Assembly: GCF_009914755.1 (NCBI RefSeq)
Contig: NC_060936.1
Strand: one strand, 5' to 3'
DNA length: 64,000 nucleotides
Source of the DNA: the human T2T-CHM13v2.0 reference genome, Homo sapiens
The notes beneath the pieces were generated by a model, which worked only from the letters and a program-made list of their open reading frames with translations, made no database searches and was not told where the DNA came from. Positions 41,786 through 55,724 of this stretch are shown one piece after another (within the stretch, counting starts at the first letter, position 1; each line of letters starts with the position of its first letter). The position numbers and the translations under genes were made by a program.

Positions 41786-43695
41786 GAGAAGATAAATAAA
41801 AACAGAAAAATGCAGGAGAAAATCAAAGAGAAAAGGATAAAACTGCCATAAATGGCATCCAGTTGCGATCTGTTAAAAGGGTTCTGACTTTATTCCTGCC
41901 TCCCAGGCCCCTCCTCCTACACTCTGTCCCCACAGATCAGCACCTACAGGCATTAAATTTGTTGCACAAAAATATGCACCTGCCATAATTCCAGAGTCCC
42001 AAATATGGTGAAAATATAATTATCTATTCATTGATCTATTTAACTGTAAAGGACTCTATCAATCGTCTATCAATAAGGAATTTTATATACCAATCTATCT
42101 ATCCATTTGATAATCAGTACCCCAGGCTATCCTGCTTCAATAGTAAGAAAAAAACATTCTCCTCTGTCTCGGTGAAAAAACAAGATTCAGCAACTCATGA
42201 GCCTTCAAATTGAGCTGTAATGAATATTGTGTCGTGCTGGTGATTTCAACCGAATAATTCCAGGAAGGCTGGAAAAGGGGTCGGTCTATCTTCATCCCTT
42301 TTGTCGCCTAAAAGCAAAATCATGAGAAAGAAGTCCAGAATAAAGATGGTAATCCTGGGCTGTAAATGCTGGAACCTCATCCATGATGCCAATTGCTCCA
42401 TAACCACACGGACGTGAACCCCAAAAAGCATGAGATACAAGGTGAGAGTAAACACTGCCCCTGTATGTACAGGTAATCCCTCTGCTAGCTGTGGGTTCTA
42501 AGGCCGACTGCTGAAAAGATTTGACGGAAGTTGCCACTTGGGAAGCTTTTTTTGGAAGTTAAAACAGAAAAACTCAGCGCCTTCCAATGATGCTTTATTT
42601 TATTTGTCAAATATTCATTGTCACCCACCCTTACCCCAATTTCCCAAGGCAACTCTTTTCTGGTTCTTTCTCAGGGACCAGTGGTTGACTACTAGTAAAA
42701 AGGAAAAAGCCGAATATTCACCCCTCATGCTTCATACGAAATCACATCTCTACTTTGCTGCTTGTATTTTGGAAAAATTGCTTAATCCATTTTTTTCAAG
42801 CAGTAATACACTTGGTGATAAACATATTTAAATTGAATACTTCAGCAACGAAAGACTGTGTTCCTTAACCATTTATGCAAGTTCTAGCTTCTTAACTAGG
42901 AAAGAAATAGTGGCAACGACATGTCAGGTCTGTAGCTACATTTTTAAATAATGGGCTTCAAAAAAAAAAAAAAAAAAAGAAAAGGAAAAATCCCTTCCTC
43001 TTAAGGAGGAAAAAAAAGACATCTTTTATCACAAAATCTGTTCCTTCTTTAGCTGTTTTTAATCGATATCTACACCTTTGGGTAGGAAAATAAATCTGTA
43101 TCTTTGAATAGCGTCATTTCCAACAACAGAGCAAGGCTCTGAGATGTGTTCTTTTTTATTAACAAAGGTGTTGTTAAATATCTGCACCATATATGTTTGA
43201 TTTAGTCACTTTAGAAAACCCTAGAGAATGGCTGAGGGTTGTTAGCAGCTGGGTCTATAAATTGTAAACCTTCCCCAGGGCAAAGTGCCACTTGTGATGT
43301 TTGTTACTGTTATTTCATACGACATTTATTTAACCAGGAATAGGAAGAGTGGTGATTCAGCGGTGGTCTGATACCACAAAGGTGAAAAGCGAGTCAGGCA
43401 GGAGGTGCCGAGAATTAGGGCACACACCCTGTCTCAGAGGAAAGTTGGGGCTCAGCCCTACTCGTTGTCAAGAAGCCAGACACCCATTTTTTTCTATGTG
43501 ATATCACCTAGAATTTTTAAATTAGCGATTAATCCAAACTTTAAAACAGACTCTGCGTGGGAAGAACAGAATCCACTTGCGAGCTAGATTCAGGCTGCAA
43601 GCTCCTACCTTCCCAACCTCTGGTTAACAGCTTCCTTGTTGTACCAGAACGGCCACCCAGCCTACTTCATCCTGGCTCCTAGCGTCCAAGCAGCA

Positions 43696-43791
43696 ACTTC
43701 AGCAAGCTACTGCAACTACTGCAGAAATAATAACAGACACATACAAGAAGAACCCAGCTCTGGAAATATGATCAGGGGTTTACTGTAAACA
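43696..43791. repeat. Third copy of the IR2 unit (complementary to 49113-49205)
   Basis: acttcagcaagctactgcaactactgcagaaataataacagacacatacaagaagaacccagctctggaaatatgatcaggggtttac; about 84% to the reverse complement of 49113-49205. Confidence 0.88.
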
Positions 43792-43991
43792 GAAAGAGGA
43801 CAACCACTTACCATGTATATATGGTAATCTGTGTGGACTTTATAGTACAACTCAGAGGAATTTCCTCTTTTCTTATCATATACCAACTTTTTACCACCCC
43901 TTTACAAAACACAAGCATTATCAATTACTGCCAAGAGCACCTCACATATAAAACAAAAAAAATCAAACACAAATAAATTTCATTTAATTCA

Positions 43992-44307
<316 letters not shown>

Positions 44308-45464
44308 TCACTCTTTACCCTTATATAATTTTTAACAATCTAAGAAAAGAAGGAATCAGAAAAAAAAAACACAAATATTTTTTATTTCTCCCATTCTTTA
44401 AAAAAAATTACCAGAAATTGCCCCCTTTAAATTTCAAAATTTTCCTAATTTTACTGTGCCAGCCCGACTCTCATACCTCACTGATTATATCATTCCCACA
44501 CCTGATGCTCCAACAACCCAGGGTATACTTTTAGCTCAGTCCTATAAAAGGCTTCATAACCTGCACTGATCTGGATTCAACGCAGCTGCCGATGGACAAG
44601 AAAAACACATCTGGAGACTCTGCAGCCGTTCTTTCCAGCTGTTTGTGACTCCCGAAAGACACGTGAGCACTTGGCACCATCAGGCACACATCAGTTCGGC
44701 TCTCTTCCACCCCCAGGCACAGTCATCCTGAGCATTGAAGACACTTTAGAAAATGGTTGGCAAGTTGCTCTTGCACTGGGATAATTTTAGACAATCTGAT
44801 ACTTTGACGCTAAAAACATGTTTGGAATTGGTGACTGTAAACAATAATCGTAGCTTGAACTCTGACCCCGGCATGGTTGTATTTTGACTTACCTGGGTAG
44901 GATGCACTATGGAGGGAGCTGCTATAATCCTAATACTGTGGTGCTTAAACTTTTCGACATTATTTTGCTTTCTGTCTTGGGAGGGAGGTATTCTTCTATG
45001 TCTCTATTAGCCACTTCTGGACTTTTCCATCATCATTATATAGCTGCTTACCTCGCCTGTGGCAACAGACACTGGGTTTGTGAATAACAGGACAATGATA
45101 AAGGCTATGTGAGCAAAACGGAACAGCAGCTTAAAAAAGATAAAAGTTTCTTTCTCTCTCACGTAAATACTATCTAGTGCTAAGCACTCCTGGGCTAGAA
45201 TTGTGCCTCCATGGCTGAGAGGGAGCCTGACCCCTTGCCTCTTTTTCCGTCAATGTCCTTACCATTCTCATACAACGAGGCGACTGCAACAGCTCCAGGC
45301 ATCACATTCCAAATCCACCCAGCAGGAAGGATACAAGGCCTTAGGAAGGATCCATCTGGAAAGCCCCATTTGATGCTTTAACATGCAGAGTAGAACGGCT
45401 ACACCCAGCTACAAGCAGTACCAGGAAATGAAGCTTTTATTCCAGCTGGCCATGTGCTCAGTGA

Positions 45465-45753
45465 TTTTTGTTTGTTTGAGACAGGGTCTCACTTTGTCGC
45501 CCAGGCTGGAGAGCAGTGGTGTTATCTCTGCTCACTACAACCTCCACTTCCTGGGTTCAGGTGATCCTCCCACCTCAGCCTCCCAAGTAGCAGGAACTGC
45601 AGGTGTCCACCCACCATGCCCAGCTAATATTTTGTAGAGATGAGGTCTCATCATATTGTCCCAGGCTGGTCTCAAACTCATGGACTCAAACCACCTGCCT
45701 GCCTCAGCCTCCCAAAGTGTTGGGATTACAGGTGTGAGCCACCACACCCGGCC
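45465..45753 (-). mobile_element. AluJb-like
   Basis: gagacagggtctcactttg...gatcctcccacctcagcc...cccaaagtgttgggattacaggtgtgagccacc. Confidence 0.92.
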
Positions 45754-46064
45754 CAGGTTTTTGTTATTGTTTTGGGTTTTTTTGTTTGTTTCTTTTGTTT
45801 CTTGAAAGGAAGAAGAGCAGGTATTGGAAGAGACCATCAGAAGGCCCCTCCACAGTCAGGCCCCACCCATTTTTAGACACAGCTCTTGTTCTGGCGAGTC
45901 TCATTACTTATGGTTTATTCTGGGAACAGGATTTAAGGGGTCGCCTCCCCACTCAAACTCATGACGGCCTTAAGGTCTCTATGCCACTTGGGGAAGACAG
46001 AGAGAAATGAACTGAGCTGCGAGGACAATAATTAAAAGAATCTGCAGGTGAAGCACATTACTAT

Positions 46065-46250
46065 TTTTACCAACGTGCTTTTACGCATTGACTCCAGAAA
46101 TCCTTACAACCATCCTCCGAGAAAGCACTGTCAGCCCCATTTCATCCATGAGGAATCAGGAGCCCAGAAGACTAACTGCCCCAGGTTTCACAGTTAGGAG
46201 TGTGAAGAGCCGACTCCACACCCTGAAGCTAAGAGCAGACTTCTTAGCTT
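46065..46250 (-). mobile_element. MIR SINE
   Basis: tccttacaaccatcc...cccattttcatccatgaggaatcaggagcccagaag...ctgccccaggtttcacag. Confidence 0.65.
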
Positions 46251-48256
46251 CAACTAAGACGCTTCTCCCACACCCACCCGCAAAGGGGCATTCAGATGTG
46301 TCTCGCCCAAACCATCCAAGCCCGAGCACCGGTCGCTTTTCTGCCTTTGAGGTTTCTCACTTGAAAGACATAGTTTGATCTCCCCGTCCCGCTGTGTGCT
46401 GGGCACTGTGGACAGCGTTGACCCTCCCCCTCCGAGCATGAACAGGTGAGTAATGTCTGAAAGAGGACACTCAGGGCTTTGGCTTAGCTTGTAGAATTTG
46501 TTGGTGGGGAGGGGGGGGCCGAGGGGGCACAAAATGTTTTTAAATCTTTTGTGGAAATTATTTACCTTTTAAAATGGGAGATTTTTGCATAGAAATCTCG
46601 ACATCTACCTGTCCTCAGGAGAGAGGAAGATCCAGGAACCCAGAGCCCTCATTCCTGGATAGCGACCTTTGTGGTAGCTGAGGGGCAGCTGTCACTTCCA
46701 GCCAGGAGGCATCTCTGTGGAGACCCTGCTGCCATCTGGCTGCTTCCCCAAACTTTGCTTTACTTGCCTGGCTTTGAGGGCACTTGAGTTTATGACCCAT
46801 GGGAAGGCGGGGCAAAGACACAGATAGTTATGCTACAGGAAATGTCCGTAATTGGTGAATTTCAGGCTACCACAAGCCCCCTGTACCTGCTGCATAGATA
46901 AATACCTGAAAAGGACCTCAGGGCCATTCATCCGGTACCTTTTTACCATCATTAAATTGAAGAGAAAATTGAAACAGTGGCTGGGATCTCTCTTTGATCT
47001 ACAGCAAAGGGATGTTAATAACCATGTTTCTGGGGAGACAGCTGATTAACACGGAACTTAGCAGTATTCCAGTAACAGCCATAGTCAGGAACATTCGTAG
47101 TGAATTAATTTCTAACCAGCTCCTGAATCCATAAATGAGAGGATGATTTGAGTTGTCTGGCCACTCCCTGCTGGGGGGTGACAGCAGCTTGAGCTCTGTG
47201 GGCTCAAAGGCATCTTTTGGGGGCACAAAGTGAATGACAAGGAGTTATGCCATCAAAAGCTTTGTTGCAAAATATATATTTTAAATCTATAAACTCCTAA
47301 GAGCAGAGTTTGGTTTTAAGTCTCTTAATGATTGTACAGATGCTAACAGTACAGAAACCGCCACATGTCTTCTTCTTGGCTCTTTATGCATAAATGTTTA
47401 GGTGGTTCATCTGTCTTAATCTATGGTTGCGTCATAAGATTTCTGACTTGTGTTTCATAGAAATAGTTCTAAACACCCAATCAGACAGGCACTGCAAAGC
47501 AGGCTGAGAAAACTCTGATGATGGTCAGGTATGAGACATGTTTCTCAGTACGTTAATCGGGGTACCATAAACAAGTGATTGTAACATATTTCAAAGACGT
47601 TGTATATTATAAATGTATACAATGATTATTTGTCAATTTAAAATGATAATAAGGTCATCCAAAAACACAATAGCTTACATAAGACACAGGTTTACTGTTC
47701 TTTTTTCCCCCTCATGTAGAGAGTCCTGGCCTAGTAGGGTAGTTCTGAAACTCTCAACATATGGCTTCTACCTCTGGAACCAAAGTGGCTGCTTTGGTTA
47801 CCACTATCACATCTGCATCCCAGCCTGTAGGAAGCAAAGAACCAGAGAACACACATTTTGTCTTTTTAAAGGAAAGGCCTAAGTAGTACATGAGTTGCTT
47901 CTCACATCACATTGGCAACAGCTTCATTGCAGCGTGGCTTCACTGAGATCCAACAGAGGCTGGGAAATGTCATCTTTAGCTGGGCATCCATGGGCCCAGC
48001 TAAAATCCGGGAGTTAACTTATTCAAGAAAATATGAGAAAAGATCCTGTTTGGCAATTAGCAGTCACATTTACACTGGAGACAGGAGACCTTGAATTTTT
48101 TTAAGAAGTTCAAGATGCTACCCTTTCTGCACACAACCTCGTATGTAATGCAATATTAACTCTTGGAAAAGAGGATGGAGGAGCATTCATGACGAGGTTA
48201 ATGTCTCATATGATCCCCAATGTAAGAATAGACATGTGAAAACATATAGCATAGTA

Positions 48257-48487
48257 CAGGCTGAGTATCCCTTACCCGAAATGCCTGGAACCAGAAGTGT
48301 TTTCGATTTTGTTCAGATTATGGAATATTTGCATCACACTTACTGGTTCAGCATCCCTAATCCGAAAAATCCAAAATCTGAAAGCCTCCAGTGAAAATTT
48401 CCTTTGAGCACCACGTCGGCACTCAAGAAGTTTCCAGTTTTGGAGCATGACGGATTTCAGTTTTTCGGATCGGGAGATGTTCAACTG
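48257..48487 (+). mobile_element. Tigger4a (MER46A/Zombi) MITE inserted in a MIR
   Basis: caggctgagtatcccttacccgaaatgcctggaaccagaagtgtt...tttcctttgagcaccacgtcggcactc...gatgttcaac. Confidence 0.85.
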
Positions 48488-48718
48488 TGTTTCAGACCAT
48501 GGGCTCTGGAATTGGAAACCTTGGTTTGGAATACTGCTTCTACTAGTACCTTGTGGCAGTTTGATCTTAGACAAGTTGATTTACCTTTCTGTGCCTTTGT
48601 TGTTTGTACAAATGTGGTGGGGTGCCCGTGGGGGTGGCGGCTGATTGTACCTGGCTTATGGGATATCATGAGAATTAAGTAGCACAATGCTTACAAAGGC
48701 CCTAAAATTGCGCCTGGC
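48488..48718 (+). mobile_element. MIR SINE
   Basis: catgggctctggaatt...gatcttagacaagttgatttacctttctgtgcct...gagaattaagt. Confidence 0.65.
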
Positions 48719-48778
48719 CTCAGCCCCATTCCTGCCTGTGCCCCAGCCACTGGGAAAAGGGGAAGGGAAAAGGAAGCT

Positions 48779-48999
48779 CAGGTGTATTCCTGATAAATCC
48801 ATGTAAGTCACACAGGTGTATTCCTGATAAAGCCAGGTAAGTCACACAGGTGTATTTCTGATAAATCCAGGTAAGTCTGATAAATCCATGTAAGTCACAC
48901 AGGTGTATTCCTGATAAATCCAGGTGAGTCACACAGGTGTATTTCTGATAAATCCAGGTAAGTCACACAGGTGTATTCCTGATAAAGCCAGGTAAGTCA
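48779..48999 (+). repeat. 34-bp minisatellite, about 6.5 copies (caggtgtattyctgataaakccakgtragtcaca)
   Basis: Units begin at 48779, 48813, 48847, 48900, 48934 and 48968, plus a partial unit at about 48877. Confidence 0.95.
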
Positions 49000-49161
49000 G
49001 TCCCACGGCCTCCCCTCGAGGCGTAGGAGGCAGAGAAGTGGCACCTTAACACTTTTTTTCCTTCTCAATATTCTGAGGAGGAGACAGGCTCTCTGTGATA
49101 TGGCTCAATTCATGTTCATGATAAACCCCTAATCATATTTTCAGAGCTGGATTCTTCTTGT

Positions 49162-49309
49162 TTGTGTCTGTTATTTCTGTAGTAGTCGCAGTAGGTTGGT
49201 GAAGTCTTTGCTAGTAAACGTCGCCCTAAACTTAAAAATCATAACATCATTCTGCTTCTCTGAAACAATAGCTGCAATTTCTCAGGCTCTTGAAGCACTA
49301 GGATTTCAA
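49162..49309. repeat. Inverted repeat IR2, left arm
   Basis: Reverse complement aligns to 50174-50321 at about 131/149 with two 1-bp gaps. Confidence 0.93.
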
Positions 49310-49436
49310 CATTAATGCAAGTGCTTTAGAGGAAGAATTGCCACCACATTTACATGCACAGATCTCTTTCCAAAGCTCTTCAAATGTACAACCCTGAGAG
49401 CCCCAGAATCAGTTTAAATCAATTCGGAATGTGCAG

Positions 49437-49670
49437 GTAAGTTAACAGTGTTGAGCATCCATCTACCTTCAGAGGGTCAGAGGGTTGGAAACACACTAGA
49501 AAAAGTCTCATGTTCAGAGACACGAATGGTCAATAATATGGTTATAAATATCATCTTAATTCTGCAAATAATTTTACTATTAATAAATTCCTTTGCCACA
49601 TACACATCCTCCTACAGTATTCTTAGAACACTCCCATCTGATGGTGTTGGACTTGCCTCTTTCCTCACAG
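49437..49670 (+). other. Candidate GT-AG intron (234 nt) inside the IR2 spacer
   Basis: Perfect donor CAG|GTAAGT at 49436/49437; strong acceptor cttgcctctttcctcacAG|G at 49670; ctgat branch-like motif about 30 nt upstream. Confidence 0.4.
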
Positions 49671-50173
49671 GATCTATGTGTGAACAAACGAGAATTATAT
49701 TCCAGGCGTACTTGTTTTCATTGTAGGGCCCTGATGTGCAGAGGGAGTGCTGAAGAGACAAATGCCGCTGGGAAAAGTGGCCTCATTTATTCAAGATCTG
49801 ATAGGTGTTTCCATTGGAACCAAATGTTCAGAACGTCTGCACATTAGAATATTTTGGTTTGAGCCCAAATATTTCTATTTGAGATTTATGGAAAATGAAG
49901 ACAGTGGATGGCACTAGACCAGCGTGTAAGCAGGAGTAACATCTGTGATATTTAGCGACTGGCTAAATGCTTGCTCGCTGTAAGTTGTGTCCCCACATAC
50001 GAGCAAAGATCACTTCTGCCTGTGTGGCAGAAAGGGTCACAAATTCTATCTGAAAGTCTCTGAGCAAGCCACACCATTCTAAACGATCATCACATCTTTG
50101 AGTAATTTGAACAGAATTTGATCTTTTATGGTGTTTTTTCCCCATCCCGTTCCCTCTTCCAGCATTGAAGCCC

Positions 50174-50321
50174 TTGAAATCCTAGATGATTCAAGAGCCC
50201 TGGAAATTGGAGCTATTATTTCAGAGAAGCAGAATGATGTTATGATTTTCAAGTTTAGGGTGACATTAACTAGCAAAGGCTTCACCCACCTACTGCAACA
50301 ACTGAAAAATAACAGACACAA
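50174..50321. repeat. Inverted repeat IR2, right arm
   Basis: ttgaaatcctag...tttcagagaagcagaatgatgttatgattttcaagtttaggg...aataacagacacaa. Confidence 0.93.
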
Positions 50322-51489
50322 GCTTTGGAAGACCTGGTAACTGAGGCCATCCCCCCGTGAGACCACGAGCTGGCATTTAGGGCTCACTCTGTGGGAAAAA
50401 CTCATCTTGAAATCCTGAAACTACTCTCTGAGTGGAGGAAGCTCATTCCAGGAATGTTAAGTGCAAACTTAATAATCAACACAGAAAAAAGCAAAACATG
50501 TGTCCCACCTCACGTTCAGTCTGGGCCACAAATAGACGCTAGTGGAGGTCACCGACTTATTTTTAAAATATTTTTTTTTCAATTTTTAAAGTAACTTTTA
50601 AAAATCCATTTTATTTTTAATGTTTTTCAGACTTATTTATTCTCATAAATCCAGAGATAAAAGGCGGAGCACAAGATTCTTTGCATGCCTTAGGTCTAAG
50701 GTAAGCCCATTTTCGGCATCTGTGCTGGCCATATGTATAAAGCCTATATAATTTCCATCTCTTTTTCTCTTTCTCTCATCTTTGTTTTGTCTCTCCCCTT
50801 CCTTGGAAAGCACATTATTTGAAGTCTGTTCGGTTGAAAAGTGTATCATTCCATTCCCTCCTATTAGCAGGAAGCATCCCCTGGGTGAATTGAAGATCCA
50901 TCCTTTTCTGACCTTCCCAGTCTTCTGGGAGGCTCGCCCTGAAGTGGGGAGTGTTGAGGTGTAGAGCAGAGGAATGTAATTTTCATGCCACTGTCCATAC
51001 ATGGTGAGGAAGCCATTCTATATAAAATGTCACGCTGAATGCACACAGGCAATTTTCTGAGGGATGGACCACAGCTTTCTGTCTAACCTCAACATCATCT
51101 ATGGCACCAGCAATGGCAAACAAAGGCTAAAAACCAGCAGTGTGAATTTCATGAGGCCTGAGGGTGTTTCTTTAGGCCCACTCAGTGGCACGTTTATTTT
51201 CGTTGCCATCGACATATCATGAACTTCCACAATCATGAGCTTTCATATTAAAATTCAACTTTCTTAATTCCCTTGCACCAGCTGGGATCAGTGGGCTCCT
51301 AGGGTGAAGACCACTGAGTGCTGCTGTGTGTAGGCGCCGTCCTAGGGGCCAGGATTGCAGCAATGAGCCAAGCAGACGGCGCCCTGGCCTTCAGGGAGCT
51401 CCCAGCCAGGTTGGTCATCCTCAGCCTGATGTACTCCTCGCTCTACTTAGTATCAGACTCTAAGAACCACTGCTGCTACCGAGTTCCCA

Positions 51490-51660
51490 TCTCAACTCTG
51501 CCACTAACTGGGTTTGATGTTTGCATTTGTATAGCTTTAGGACTTGAGCTTTCTCATAGGTAGAATGGAAATAACAAAATCTACCTCTGTGGGATTTGTA
51601 AGGATTAAGATACCCTGAGGATCACGTAGCGCACAGTACATGCTAAATCAACGTTATTTC
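51490..51660 (+). mobile_element. MIR SINE
   Basis: ctctgccactaactgg...gctttctcataggtagaatggaaataacaaaatctacctc...aggattaaga. Confidence 0.6.
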
Positions 51661-51799
51661 TTGACTCCAATCACCATCATTCCCTCACTTCACAAATTTG
51701 TCAATGAACATTGTATGCACTAAACCAAGTAACTTTTAGAAACCACAGAGTCTGTTTAGATTTACAGCTTTCTTCATGTGGTGTTTGTGTGAGGGCCTT

Positions 51800-51959
51800 T
51801 GAAACGCAGGCCAGAAAGACAGCCCCAGCCAGGAACCAACCCTTCTGGTGCCTAGATCTCCAACTTCCAGTCTCTAGAACTGTGAGGAAATGAATTTCTG
51901 TTGTTTAAGCCACTCAGTCTATCGTATTTTTGTTTCAGCAGCCTGAGCTATCTTATACA
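51800..51959 (+). mobile_element. MLT1A/C-like LTR 3' part
   Basis: acttccagtctctagaactgtgaggaaatgaatttctgttgtttaagccactcagtcta. Confidence 0.75.
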
Positions 51960-52639
51960 ACACCTTATATGGAATGTGTGTTAGCAAAAGGGACCACCTG
52001 ACTCTTTCTTGTGGTCAGTATTTAAGCCAACTCTTTAAACCAAGTGCCACCATGAACATCAGATAAAACAATTTTATCACTCGAAATAGCAGTTTATGAT
52101 TGGCGCAGTTTTTTGTTTTCTAAATTTTAACCAGCCCTCTTCCCTGTCTTTATAAATCAGAATTCCTAAGAAATAGTTGATCAAGGTGATAGCAAAATAT
52201 GGCTACTCAAATGACTGTGTGTCAAATGCATGGTGCCAGGCCCAGTTTGTGCCCCTCTCAGCTCAGCATCCTTCCACCCCCCAGGCCTGGGCTATGTCCA
52301 CCACTCCCTCTTCCTCTGAGGCTCATGCTGCCCTGCCTCCTCCAGGTGGAGGGCTGGATGCCCACCAGCTTCCCTTGCTCCCGTTATGGGAGCTGCAGCA
52401 CCCCTGGGGCCCACATCCGACCTGCCTAGACCTGCAGAAGCTCTGGTTCCTCTGTCTAAATCTAGGCTCCAACGAGACCCTGTACTGTGGGTGTGGAGTT
52501 GAGCTTCCACAGCAGTGACCCCATAAGGCCCAGTAGCAATACAAATGCACAAGGGAGGTAACACCTCGTGGCGAAAATGGGGCCTGCTTTTGTCACAAGG
52601 GAAAAAAAACCATACAGAAAAGGGAACTGTAATTAATCA

Positions 52640-53336
<697 letters not shown>

Positions 53337-54829
53337 CTACTCTGAAATTCCTTCATTTATTCTGTTTTGACCCTTAATTTATAGATATTAACATTTTGGC
53401 TTCTTATAGTTGATCAAAGTCAGGAGGAAAGAGAGACTAAAGGGAAGTAAGTAGAAGATAGGAAGGAGAGAAGGAAAAAGAATGTTTTTCTTTGAAAGGA
53501 ACTTGCCATGTCACCGAGGGCATTAGAGCATCTCTGAATTCTAGCACCAGCTCAGCAGACAAGCTTTGTGACCCTGAGGATATTTTATCTCCTTTCTGAG
53601 CCTCTGTTTCCCCTTAGTTAATGGAAACATTGCACTTAGATCATCCTAAACTTCTGTCTCTTAATCTACAGAAAGAGCGAAGTTTTATTTGCCCGAATTA
53701 AATGGAAAGTAGAAATAATAGTTAATTCTCTTTCCCAAAACCTCAGTCCTATCCATTTCAAGAAGGGCCACTTTCCTCCAGAGAAATGAGTTACAAACCA
53801 TCCCAGAGGTGTCTGGCAAACCGGGAGAGAATCCCTGAGTTCATATCAGCTCCCTCCCAAAATTTCATCAACAGGACAAAGCATAACAGAGCTGAACGAA
53901 GTAGAGGCCACCAGGGCAAAGAGTGGGCATGAGGACCACACCAGATGCCTCATCACACTTGGGGGAAGAGAAATGCTAATGAGGCAGGGGCAACTGGGTT
54001 TGCGGAGCAATACACAGCAGCTGGATCCTGCAGGGAAGGAGGCTGCTGCAGGACAGAGGAGGGGCCCGTTGAAGGCCCAGCCAAAAAACCTTCAGATGAG
54101 AGGGCAGGCTGGACAAGGCAGGACTCTGAAAACAGAAGAGACGGTTAAACCTCCACACTCAACCAACCAGACCCCTCGGACAAGGCCCCCACCCAGGCAT
54201 CCTGGCCCAACCACTCGGGGCACAGGGATGTACACAAGCTTGAATATGCGGGAAACCAAGGCACTGAAATGGTGTAATCTCTGAATTCATCAACATCTGG
54301 AGATACAAAGCTGTGGCAAAGAGTAGGAATGTGGGTGAAAAGGAGTATTGTTGTTTTCTCTTTTACTTGCACGGACTCCTGGAATTGGACTTTCCTGAAA
54401 GGTAGCCTATGAGAGCTCTAGCATTCTCCATTTAACCTACTATTGCCTGTGATCTCACAAACTCCCCTGGGATCAATTCCAAATATCAGATTAGAAGCTT
54501 TGTGAGGGTAGGGATTTTGTCTTTTATATATTTACATCTTCAAATGCATATTGTTTAGTTGCTTGCGCAGAATTGTAAGAAACATAAAGAATAAACCCAT
54601 GACCCTCTGATCTCCACTTAACTATTTTTCAAAGGAAATAATCATGATTTTTCAGCAGAAGAGATATAGAGATATAGCTATAAATACAGATCATCAAACT
54701 GAAAGTAGAAGAAAAATCAACGTGGATGTCTCAAGTATTCAAAAAGACTTTGGCACACAAAATATTTAAGCAAAGTATGACTAAGCTTATTTCAGGGAGG
54801 GAGAAATGTGAACTACAGGATGAATTGAT

Positions 54830-55219
54830 TGACTCATGCAGTGAACAAGCATTTTGAGCATAAATTCGTGCCAGACACTATACCAGGGTATGATGACTTA
54901 CCAAGGAACAAGACACTGGTCTCTGCTCTCGGGGAGTCAAGACTCTTTCTGAGGAGTTGGCAATTGACATAAATGACAGGTAGCCAAGATAGGGAGGGAC
55001 CTAGGAGAAGAGCCTCCCAGTTAGATGGAAGAGCCCTGGGCAGAAGGGAGTCTGGCATGTGTGGGGAACAGGGGAGGGCAATGAGGCAGGGATGCCGTGA
55101 GTGATGGGGAACCACAGGAGATGTCAGAGAGAGGAACAGCAGCACATGTGCTGAGCAACACGGAGGATTTGGGGTTTTGCTCTAAACCCCGTGGTTGCAA
55201 ATCACGGATGGTTTTAATC
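54830..55219 (-). mobile_element. L2 3' region (host of the L1PB insertion; resumes at about 55740-55900)
   Basis: aacaagcattttgagc...gtgccagacact...aacaagacactggtctctgctctc. Confidence 0.6.
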
Positions 55220-55234
55220 AGGAATCAACAATTT

Positions 55235-55724
55235 TATTTTTATTTCAATAGTTTTCAGGGTGAACAGGTGGTTTTGGTTACATGGATAAGTTCTTTAGCG
55301 GTGATTTCTGAGATTTGGGTGCACCCATCACCCGAGCAGTGTTCACTCTACCCAACGTGTAGTCTTTTATCCCTCACCCTCGTCCCACCCATCCCCCCGA
55401 GTCCCCAAAATCCATGACATCATTCTTATGCCCCTTTAAGTCCTCACAGCTTAGCTCCTACTTATAAGGGAGAACAAACAATATTTGATTTCCCATTCAT
55501 GAGTTACTTCACTTAGAATAATGGTCTTCAACCCCACCCAGGTTGCTACCCATAGGAAAAGAAGCCATTATGTGAAAAAGATACTTACACACGCACGTTT
55601 ATAGCAGCACAATTTGCAATTGCAAAAATATGGAACCAACCCAAATGACCATCAACCAAAGAGTGGATAAGTCAAATGCAGTATATGCAATATACACCGT
55701 GGAATACTACTCAGCTATAAATGA
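55235..55724 (-). mobile_element. L1PB1-like 3' end with a 5' inversion (twin priming)
   Basis: Antisense 3' UTR 55235-55547, then a sense-oriented upstream segment to 55724; 15-bp TSD aggaa(t/c)caacaattt at 55220-55234 and 55725-55739. Confidence 0.88.

Noticed and set aside
42246-42537. Protein-like minus-strand ORFs (81 and 69 aa)
   Set aside because: Non-ATG starts, no recognisable family, no convincing flanking splice pair.
48779-48999. CRISPR-like array
   Set aside because: Head-to-tail tandem units without unique spacers, in eukaryotic DNA with no cas genes.
49162-50321. G:U strand bias as evidence for the transcribed strand of IR2
   Set aside because: Only about 6 versus 4 transitions, confounded by CpG decay; uninformative.
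50079-50405. ORFs on both strands over the IR2 right arm
   Set aside because: The frames are broken by indels and stops in the other copies; no recognisable homology.
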